From Botryllus schlosseri (taxonomy: Eukaryota): a DNA stretch of 64,000 nt. The stretch is from the NCBI GenBank assembly GCA_051294905.1, contig CM119385.1, positions 2,790,001 through 2,854,000 on the forward strand. Direction: 5' to 3'. Below, one piece after another: positions 12,092 to 21,737 of the stretch. The notes below the pieces were generated by a model, which did no database searches, was not told where the DNA came from, and saw only the letters and a program-made list of their open reading frames with translations. A program made the translations under genes and the position numbers. Each line of letters starts with the position of its first letter. Position 1 is the stretch's first letter.

Positions 12092-13502
12092 GGGACACTG
12101 TAAAACCTGCAAAAGCAAGGCTTATTCAGGTAATTGTAGGTATCTTTTACAATATTGTCGCTGTAGGCCTCAAGATATCATGGATTAGTTACTGAATTAA
12201 ACTGCCGGTAACTATACAGCAGGGTTTTGCGGGTGACTAGCAGGGTTTTGCAGTTGGCCACGAGGGTTTTGCGGTTGTCCACAAGGGTTTTGTGGGAACC
12301 TAACAGGGTTGTATAGGAGAGTTTTGCGGTTGTATAGGAGAGTATTGCGGTTGTTTAGGAGAGTTTTGCGGTTGTATAGGAGAGTATTGCGGTTGTTTAG
12401 GAGAGTTTTACGGTTGACTACTGGAGTTTTGCGGTTGTATAGGAGAGTTTTGCGGTTGTCCAAGAGAGTTTTGCGGTTGTATAGGAGAGTTTTGCGTTTG
12501 ACTACCAGAGTTTTGCTGTTGTATAGAAGAGTTTCGCAGGTAACTAGCAGGGTTTTGAAGGTGACTAGCAGTAGTCAACCGCAAAACTCTCCTATACAAC
12601 CGCAAAACTCTAGTAGTCAACTGCAAAACTCTGGTAGGTAGTCAACGCAAAACTCTCCTATACAACCGCAAAACTCTGGTAGTCAACCGCAAAATTCTCC
12701 TATACAACCGCAAACCCACAAAACTTGCAAAACTCGAAAAAGCAAGGCATATTCAGGTAATTGTGAGTAACTTTTACAATATTGTCGCTGTAGGCCTCAA
12801 GATATCATGGATTAGTTATGGAATTAAACTGCCGGTAATTATACAGCAGGGTTTTGCGGGTGACTAGCAGGGTATTGCAGTAGGACTGCGAGGGTTTTGC
12901 GGTTGTCCAGAAGGGTTTTGTGGTTATCTAACAGGGGTTTTGCAGTTGATAACCAGAGTTTTGCGGGTGAAAAATAGGATTTTGAGGTTGACCAAGAGAG
13001 TTTTGAGGTTGCATAGGAGAGTTTTGCAGTTGACTACCAGAGTTTTGCGGTCGTAAAGAAGAGTTGTGCAGGTAACTAGCAGGGTTTTGAAGGTGACTAT
13101 AGCAGTAGTCAACCTCAAAACTCTCCTACACAACCGCAAATCTCTCTTGGAAAACCTGAAAACTCTCCTACAAAACCGCAATATTCTATAGTAGTCAACC
13201 GCAAAACACCATTTTGCACCTGCAGAACTCTCTTAGACAACCGCAAAACCCTGTTAGGTAACCTCAAAACCCTACTGGACAACCGCAAAACCCTCGCAGC
13301 CAACTGCAATACCCTGCTAGTCACCCACAAAACCCTGCTGTATAGTTACCGGCAGTTCAATTCCATAACTAATCCATGATATCTTGAGGCCTACAGTGAC
13401 AATATTGTAAAAAGATACCTACAATTACCTGAATATGCCTTGCTTTTTCGAGTTTTGCAAGTTTTGCGGGTTTTACAAGTTTTGCGGGTTTTACAGTGTC
13501 CC
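12092..13502. mobile_element. Foldback / MULE-like element built from 21-bp tandem repeats
   Basis: TIR GGGACACTGTAAAACC; perfect 9-bp TSD ATTTTTAGC (12083-12091, 13503-13511); internal arrays of GGAGAGTTTTGCGGTTGTATA in both orientations. Confidence 0.88.
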
Positions 13503-14971
13503 ATTTTTAGCCACAAGCAATACAATACCGGTGTTTCCTGAATATATGCAAACAATTTCATACAATTCACAATCAATTACCGGTAGCTAACATATCACTT
13601 ATCAGTAAGAAGTGAATGAATGATCTCACCTCCACATTGGCTTTCCAGCCCCTATGTTATACAGCAACCGATTCTTCCTCCTCCACAAACAGTACAGCAT
13701 ATTCATCTTTTCTCAGAATGCATATTACTGCGGATTCAGAAAAGCTATAGTGATAGGAATCTGCAAACACAAAGACAACAATCAAACAGTACATTAAATG
13801 ACAGGCAATATGACAATATTAACAACAAACGGTAAATTCATTACGCACTCAAGTCTAAAGCCCTACGGAACGTGCAGTTTCAAAGCCCTCTGTAAAAGCG
13901 ATTTCCCTCACGGAGGAAAGTGGCTTGTCTTCTCAATCAATCAATCCTCTTGACGGAACCTTTAATCACGTGATCCCTGACCCGAACTTTTTCGTTCGTT
14001 TTCAACCAATCATGACTCTATGTGTACTTGTCATTATTACGGCACAAAGACAAAATTCTTCATACATTTTGACGTTCGCTGCTGCGTTGAAAAGCTTCGA
14101 GCCGAAATAATTTTAACAATATGAATAAAATAACAATATTTTTTGCTGCTGCATTGAAACTTTTTCGATCTCAACCAATCCTGTCGGATACTTGAACCCG
14201 TGGATGTGTGCAGTGCACTGCGCATTGCAGTTGAAAAACAGTAATCCATTCAAACATGGCGTCCGAGAAACGCTGTTCACATATATTTCAAGGATTGCGA
14301 ATGTTCGTCACATCTCACATGAGTAGTAACAACTAAAAGTCCGAAACGTCGACCGGGGATTTAATTATCTTATGTCGCATGACGATAAATAATCCCGTGT
14401 CAAGTGATTACTTTCATTTGATTTATAACCCTTGAAATGCTTTGATAAGCTGAAATCTATACATCACTAGCCAAATCGAATTTCACATCCCTCATGTATT
14501 TTCGAGATGCAGCATATACGTACGGCGCGATACAAATAATATATACAATTTATATCTTATTGATATATACAGAAATATATGATCTGGGACATATCAGCGA
14601 GATATATTTATGATATGTTTCAGCACAAGATATAATTTGGACAAAATTAGGACAAGAAAAAGATATCTCAACATGTCAGAAATATATCTCGTGTTTGCTG
14701 GGGGGTTCACCGGCAACCCAACTAATCTATCGCGTTCATGGGAAACATGTATTGGTTGCACGTTTGTTATGAATTGTATACCGAAGAAGCACAACTGTGT
14801 TTTGAGTCGAGAACAGATGCGCGGATATTTTCAGCTTATGTTAAGCTAGTGAATGTTACTGAAAGGTATATGTAATTATGTTGTGTCAGTAATCTTTGCC
14901 TCAATTTTAGTGTTACTGTAAGATACCGAGTTATCTAATTTGATGGTAGACTAGAATTTGGTTGAAGAAGA

Positions 14972-16010
14972 ATGTCTGAAACGTTGGAAAAGATTGTGCT
15001 GGACCCACCAATAACAATATCCAAGTCTGGTCATTATTTGGTCGGATATTCATCTGAGTGTATTATTCTCTCCAAGTTACCTACTCTACGCCAGGTTCTG
15101 CAGATTTTGCTGTATCTGAAAGAGGAATGTCCTAAAACTACGAAAACTCAGGATTGTCTTCTTCAAACCGCTGAGGAGGCAGATTTTGCTGTATCTGAAA
15201 GAGGAATGTCCTAAAACTACGAAAACTCAGGATTGTCTTCTTCAAACCGCTGAGGAGGTAGTCAAATATGGAATATGGCAAGAATACCTATCAAGCATAT
15301 GCATGACATGTCAGGTGGATGGGGCCTATTCAATATTCTCAGAATTTGTTCATGTGGGCTGATCAGATGCAATACTCGTCAAGTTGCGTTACTCAACTGG
15401 AGCGCATGAACTTGTTTCTAAGCTTATATGTTCCTGCTTTGCTGGACTGCAGCATTGGGGTGACGCGCCGGGAAACGACTTGCGGTTCATTCAGGAGATA
15501 GGCGGTTACTCTACTACGGATAAAGATGTTGCTAAATCTGCTCTTAATGAGTCGAAGAAGAATCCATGGTAAATTGTGGAAGAAACTGTGCTTTATGCCC
15601 TATCCTCAGAAAAATAAAGTTACGATACCAGAAAAAGCATTGCAAGCCGCCAACTGAAAGCTGCAAAACCGCAATCTTATCGACACTGGCCACCCATTCT
15701 CTCATCAGAAAGGACTTTGGCTGATTTAGTGGGCCCTCAGTCATGGCATTTGTTCAACTAATTTGAGTGTTCTGGAGAATGGTTGAATCAGCCTGTGGAA
15801 CAATGACCTTAGTATGAATCATACAATGAAATGAGCCATTTTGTAAGTAATGTCAAAGTCGTCAATGACGCTGCTGAACGAGGAGTTTAACTCACGCCGA
15901 CTTTGCTTCGATCATCACAGACGATAAACTCCAAGAGGAAAGTCTGTTGCAAGTTGTTGAGCAACACCGTCAGAAGTATCACAACTTCAATAAATCCACA
16001 CTGAAATCCT
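14972..16010 (+). pseudogene. hAT-superfamily (hATm-like) transposase, internally deleted
   Basis: N-terminal KLPTLRQVL...W.MARIP and C-terminal GPQSW.LF..WL.QPVE...KVVNDAAERGV..DF..IITD...SLLQVVEQHRQKY motifs; stops and frameshifts; 79-bp tandem duplication 15101-15258. Confidence 0.7.
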
Positions 16011-17770
16011 TAGAAGCCCGCCTGAGACTAGAGCCTGTCGTTATCCACTTTGTGTATTTATGCTTACCTAATTCTCAACATGTTCTTCAATGATATTAAC
16101 TTCCGTTTCATCTTTCACAATTGTCTCTAGTCACGTAAATGGTCGGCATACTATGTGCGGATTTGTGTTTTGGCTTATCCTGCTTTTCATGTCGGATAAT
16201 GCAAATTTCCGTACAATAAATTCATCAAGTTTCATAAACATAGTCTGTGCCAGGTATTTGCTTTTTATGTGAACTCAGTTGTAAGAACATACCATATTGG
16301 GTGACGACAATGACTAATATGTAGTGAGATTATTGTTTCTGTAGGAAGACCATGGACATTTTTTGACAGAATGACATTGGTAGTTGAGGACCAGGTCCCT
16401 CATTTTGGCGCCATGACTTAATTGTCATGATCTTTTAAGAAGAAGCCAAGTATCGTGAGCTTGTAGCTAGGTATTCTGGCTGTATTCGCTATGACAATGT
16501 CTTGAACAGGACGACCATGAGTTTTTGTGGTCGGGGGAGGGGGCGGGATCTTTCTGTCATACGTATCGAATACTGCAAAACCTGATATAGAGTAGGTAAA
16601 TTGAGCTGCTATAAAGGTGACATTACATTCACATACCATATGTCTTTCATTAACATTTACGAAGTAAAAACCAGATGAAAATGACGGTATTCGCTCGTAC
16701 ATACGACCCGGCTACCTGTACCAAATACCTGAAGGTGGGATACCTTTGGCATGTATAGGACTGAGGTATGTTCAATCGTCAAATAGATATTTCAACCTCC
16801 TATTTCTCACCTCTGCACAGACGTTTTTTACCGCAAACTTCACAAAAGCTACCAACCGGCGGGGGTGAATCTTCAGTAGTAAGGAGGATTGGCCCATGGA
16901 TCTATGGGGGCTTTGCGGGCAAGGAAGATCGTGATGAAAATTACCAAAATCGCTTATAGAAGTGTTTTATGTACTAAACTATCATTTGCAACTACGCAAA
17001 ACAAGTTTCCAAAAAATGCCCAAATCTGAACAACCCTATTGTTCGTGGGTTCGCCCTTTGAGCTTCGAAAGAAATCACTGCACGATACCCCCAGAAAAGG
17101 CAACGGACACCTTGAGAACAGCAGAAGTGCGATATCTGTGATTTTTCTACTGCAGTGATTTTAGTATTTGATTATTCAACAATACGATACGCTGAATGTG
17201 AAATAATGAAGCTCTGTACCTACAGGAAGCTCCACAAATACAAAAGTGATTAGCTTTTCTTTTTGTGTACTAAATTCCAGCTGACTGGCGCGAATTAAAT
17301 TGTTTTTCAAAAAAAGTGTGAATGGAGCTCACAAAGGTGGAAAACCACTGGTGTACGGTATTGTCTTGCTCTACCCAGAGTCTCCATAATAGTATTGAGA
17401 ATATACATTGACATTATTGCAAGCTGCAATGACATCGAGAAGTTGTGCCGTTACATCGTGTGAAGTCAAAGGGAATGACGCATCGCATGCTCTTCATAAA
17501 ATTTCACAACTATCTCAAGTTCGTCCTCTGCGTGACTGCCTAATCGCTAATCGCGTCGAGTGCGACCATGAAGTCCTCGTGCCATGTAACGGGTTAAGAA
17601 ATGACCCGGAGCCGCGACAGCTGCAGCCGGATGTGTTTCTGGAAATTTCAATAAATTGCAGCTCCATTACGGTGGCGTTCTGAAGAAAATGGCTGCGGCC
17701 AAAAAAATTATTTCGTTTTGCCCATCAATTTGAGACCACATCATTTTTTGAGTGCAGTGCCCCTTAAAAT

Positions 17771-19547
17771 GAGTCTGCTAACGGCGGTGATTCTGTAAGC
17801 ACATTGTAGGTTTGTTGGCAGATAATGATTTAAGATTAATTCCGGACATGTTAAGTTACTATATACATGATGATGAACAAACTTAAAGCATGACTGGCTT
17901 ACTGTGAAGGAAACGGCCGTAGCCTACGTGTCTGTTTTGACCGAGGGAAAGCACAGAACCTGCGGAGAAATATTGCAAAGGCACTTATCTGGCGATCGAA
18001 TTTATCTTGTTTCAAAAGGGATGCATCATCATTGAATACAAATATAAAGCTTATAATGACACTACTTTGTTTGATCTCACTAGGTTCCAGTCATGGTTTA
18101 TAATTGACGTCTAGAATGCCCTAAGGACTGACTGAATTAGCCATTGATGCTGGGGATTTATTAGACCAGGGGTTCTCAAAGGGTGGGCCATGGCCCACTG
18201 GTGGGCCACAGAGCATTTTGAGGTGGGCCACAGAGCTATTTAGAAAATTTCAGAATTAAGTTCAGTTATATTTCTTATGTTATTCGCTAAAAATATATTC
18301 GTATTATCTAATTATACGTAGGCTATACATATAGCTTTTCATCCGACTCTGATTAGACGTAGTGGCACGTATGAAGTCAGCTTGTACAAATCGAAAACGT
18401 TCGGGAGAAACGGTGGCTTTTTCTACTGGCTATGACAACCTACAGCTAACAGCAACTAAAAAAAATTAAGCGTATAATAGGCCTAACTGGAAGATGATGC
18501 TGAAGTAACCAAGTATTCCAGCAGGGTCATATGTCGTATGCCGTTGAAAGGGGTATGCAATGAACTCGAAATGAAATGCAATTGATGTGCAGATTTACTG
18601 TACTTCGGCAGGCCGTATTATTGCAAGCTAAAAATAGCCATAATTGCAAATTATTAGCAACTTCTGGCGGAGGTATACTGCACCGCCGCAACGAATCTTA
18701 ATGGATTGAGGATTTAACGGAGGGCATTAATCTTGGAAGTCGGTTTAAAATGTCCGGCCTGGAAATCATTGTACATAATGAAAGAGTCGTCACAGGAATG
18801 AATTGCATCATTGGATTGAATATTCTGACTTCGTAGCTTCAGTTGCTTTGGTACAAGACATACAAAGTAGCCTACATCATGCATATTGAAAAATCTTTCT
18901 CCATTTCTCTGCAGTACCCCATTCACCAATGAATTGTTCAATGCTGGCCCAGAATGATTATAATATTCCCCACAATAGCATCACTAATTCCTAATCGCAC
19001 AGTGCGGGGATCTCATCATTGTGTTTCGCGACGCGAATGGAGCAGCGGACGAAAATAATCTAGTTAGGAGTTTTAGCACATGATCTACCAGAGCCGTAAC
19101 TGCCGCACCCACACCCCCAATTGGGGGAGCTCGAAGGGGTTCAAGATTATTTCGTTGGTCGTTTATTGGAGGATATTTATTCAACTAGAATTTTTTTTCG
19201 CGCTTCGCGCGATTGCATATCCTGGGAGATCGAGATTTAAATATCATTAGTTTGCGAAAAATGCGCATATTTTAGAGAAATAGGCATATCGGCGCTGTCC
19301 ATGACCACGCGTTAAACAGGATTATGACCGTAAGATATCAGGTGGGCCACAGCACATTTATAAACCGGAAAATGGGCCACGGCCAAGAAAGGGCTGAGAA
19401 CCCCTGTATTAGACTCTTACAGCAAAATGAATTCACTCGTAAGTGCTGTCAAAGTCGTCAATGATGCCGCACATAGAGTTGAAAAGGTATAAGCACAGAC
19501 TATGCTGGTATGACCAATAGAAATACAGTTTGCTTGTGTAGCTCAGC
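17771..19547 (+). pseudogene. Decayed hATm-like transposase 3-prime fragment (left arm of inverted pair), interrupted by MITE 18167-19406
   Basis: AVKVVNDAA at ~19445-19475; reverse-complement match to 19904-20459. Confidence 0.6.
18167..19406. mobile_element. hAT (Buster/Charlie-type) MITE
   Basis: TIR CAGGGGTTCTCA; perfect TSD TATTAGAC (18159-18166, 19407-19414). Confidence 0.92.
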
Positions 19548-19903
19548 CTTAGAGAATTGCAGGCGAATGATTGTGCACTTTTAGAACTAAATATAAATCC
19601 GAGAAATACCTAGTTATGGTTGCAATTGCGTCAGTGCTCCTACTTTTTTGGGCGTAGGTAAAGTATATTAGTTATCGCAAACTGGTGCAGCACACCATAT
19701 GTGAGATGGATGCCTCACAAAATCTTATCTGCTCAGAAGATGTTATATGGGCCGACCAAATAGCTTATATAATGGAACCCCGAAGAAATGTAACTATCGC
19801 ACCGCTTCAATTTCATTTTAAGCTCGTTTTATATCCACGTCAGGTTTGATTCCAGCATTTGTAGTGTTGCAGCCAGTAATGATTCATGATTCATTCGCGA
19901 CAT

Positions 19904-20459
19904 GCTAAGATATACCAGCAAACTGTCTTTTTACTGCGGTCATACCAGCATAGTCTGTGCTTACCTTTACACCTCTTTCTACGGCATCATTGACGACTTT
20001 GACAGCACTTATGAGTGAATTCATTATGCTTTAAGAGTCTAATAAGTACCCAGCATAAACGGCGGATTCGGCCAATCCTTAGGGCATTCAAGACTTCAGC
20101 TATATAGCACGACTGGAGACTAATAAGATCAGACGAAGTAGTGTCATTGTTAAGCTTTATATTTGTATTCAATAATGATGCATCTCTTCTGAAACAAGAA
20201 ACTCGTTCGCCACTTGCATAAGCACCTTTGCAATATTTCTCCGCGTGTTCTGTGCTTTCGCTCGGTTAAAACAGACATGGGGGCTACTGCGGATTCCTTC
20301 GCAATAATTAAGCATGTCATGCTTCAAGTTCATGTGAAGCAGCTGTTGTCTGTTCATCATCATGTATTTAGTAACTCAACATGCGCTGAAGTAATCTTAA
20401 ATCATTATCAGCAAACCAACCTACAATGCGCTTGCAGAATCACCGCCGTTAGCAAACTC
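19904..20459 (-). pseudogene. Decayed hATm-like transposase 3-prime fragment (right arm of inverted pair)
   Basis: Minus strand reads SAVKVVNDAVERGVKVSTDY; homologous to 17771-19547. Confidence 0.6.
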
Positions 20460-21487
20460 CTTCAACAGCTAATCAGCAAGCCACCACCATCGTGATCATT
20501 GAAGCATAGCTGATTTACCAATCGAGAGTCGCGATTTCGTGATTATTAGTCTTGTTGCCGTTCTGTGGTCGCTGGCACGCCCACTCGTCGGTCGTTACTT
20601 TCAAACGCTTTGCGACAAATCTTAACCACTTTCCTGTGAGCTTATTCTAGACTCATTGCTGTTTCTTTTTATCAATAATCTATAGAAAGAGACATTGATA
20701 CCCAACATTTTTGAGATTTTCCAAATTTTGGACAACCCTAATAACCATGCTACCTAAATTATACGCTTCTACAATATAGTTAATATAAATATAAAATACT
20801 TCCACACACATCGAGGACATAGTTATACCTAACACACGCGCGAATAGGTGTCGCAAATACAGTAAAAAAAAAGTAATAAAATTGCTGAAGTTACCAATTC
20901 TGAATCGCACTCATGATCCGAATTATGATATTTCCATTTTGAATTTCGGTGATTCTTCCCAACTGAAACCTTTGAAAAGGCGTGGTCCTTGAGATCAGGC
21001 TACTACGACAGGAAGAAAATAAACATCATAGTTAAACTATAACTTATCATTTTCATGAAGAAATATATTAAGAAAGGGTATTATTGCCAAGGTGCTTCAA
21101 AATTACATTTCAATACGCATTATATTTTCTTGAGGCTTTCGAGGGCCGCACAAAACAGTGTTCCGGACCGCATGCGGCCCACGGGCCGTAGTTTGCCCAC
21201 CCCCGTGCTAGATAGAAATGACCAGGCTTGACGCTATATATCCATTTTATTTTTTCGTCAATTGAGTTGCCATATTTGTTGCGATCATACCCAATTGTCT
21301 CGTATAGAGCGTTACGCGGTATTATTACATTGGCCACCACCTATATTTGTGAAAATGGATTTCCGGCACTCGTTCATATCAAATCGAAGGCGCGGATTTT
21401 CAAGACACGACCACATATTTCACGAAGTGCAGCTGCTGAATTCGCTTTGAAATAATAGAAGTCTACCGAATTTCTACATGAAATAGT

Positions 21488-21701
21488 TGTGGTGATTGTT
21501 CGAGACACTTGGTTGATTACTGATTACTGTAATTAGTTTACTTCGCTCTGTTCATTCTCTTTGTACCTCAGTTGCTTATGTCTGCACGCTTGAAAGTGCA
21601 TGTCTTAGTTCCGTTTAGATTGTAGCCGAATATCAGTTAATTAAAACCTAGAAAGCTCTATCAAGCAAATTCGTCTACATTTTCCTCGAAAGGTCACCAC
21701 A
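21488..21701 (+). repeat. 5-prime LTR
   Basis: TG...CA; about 15 mismatches in 214 bp versus the 3-prime LTR (manual count). Confidence 0.95.
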
Positions 21702-21714
21702 ATTTTATTAACTG
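21702..21714 (+). promoter_or_regulatory. Non-tRNA primer-binding site complementary to the LTR (putative self-priming PBS)
   Basis: ATTTTATTAACTG immediately follows the 5-prime LTR (no TGG); its reverse complement matches CAGTTAATAAAA in the LTR (27070-27081, 12/12; 21634-21645, 11/12). Confidence 0.7.
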
Positions 21715-21737
21715 CTATTGATACAATCGACTCTGGA

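Larger units (their letters stand above)
7240..13710 (-). pseudogene. Spliced accessory-type gene inside the CMC element (possibly DUF4806/BEN-like), decayed and interrupted
   Basis: Candidate GT-AG exons on minus: ~13630-13710 (EYAVLFVEEEESVAV*HRGW), 11570-11706 (GASIARRRMQTP..), ~11423-11500 (APSFESIVDLENSERQ..), ~11110-11368 (LYCTSTPAK..LELNQMMDLME), ~7257-7350 (GACRFAHPDIANPEK*IKDQVAPY). Some junction phases agree and some do not. Confidence 0.4.
5467..14702. mobile_element. CMC (CACTA/EnSpm-like) DNA transposon, 9.2 kb including nested inserts, non-autonomous/decayed
   Basis: TIR CCCAGCAAACAC(A/G)AGATAT at 5467 and inverted ending at 14702; GATAT-rich subterminal repeats; 2-bp TSD GG; removing it restores the host MITE terminus. 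CCC/CAC termini with 2-bp TSD fit animal CMC elements. Confidence 0.82.
4586..14713. mobile_element. Unclassified MITE (~0.9 kb without inserts); outer shell of the nested cluster
   Basis: Left end CCGGTGAACCCAGCCCTCGG repeated. The right end GAGGGCTGGGTTCACCGG is restored by joining 5466 to 14705 after removing the inserted CMC element. No clear TSD. Confidence 0.7.

Noticed and set aside
12300-13320. CRISPR-like repeat arrays (also 4868-5255)
   Set aside because: Units are contiguous with no unique spacers, there are no cas genes, and the context is eukaryotic.
12212-13330. ORFs with RRVLRL / QPQNS repeats
   Set aside because: They are translations of the 21-bp tandem arrays of the foldback element; open in several frames and strands, with no coding evidence.
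17735-17767. Kolobok-like terminus (..GAGTGCAGTGCCCC|TTAA)
   Set aside because: No matching left end or second TTAA found, so an element could not be delimited.
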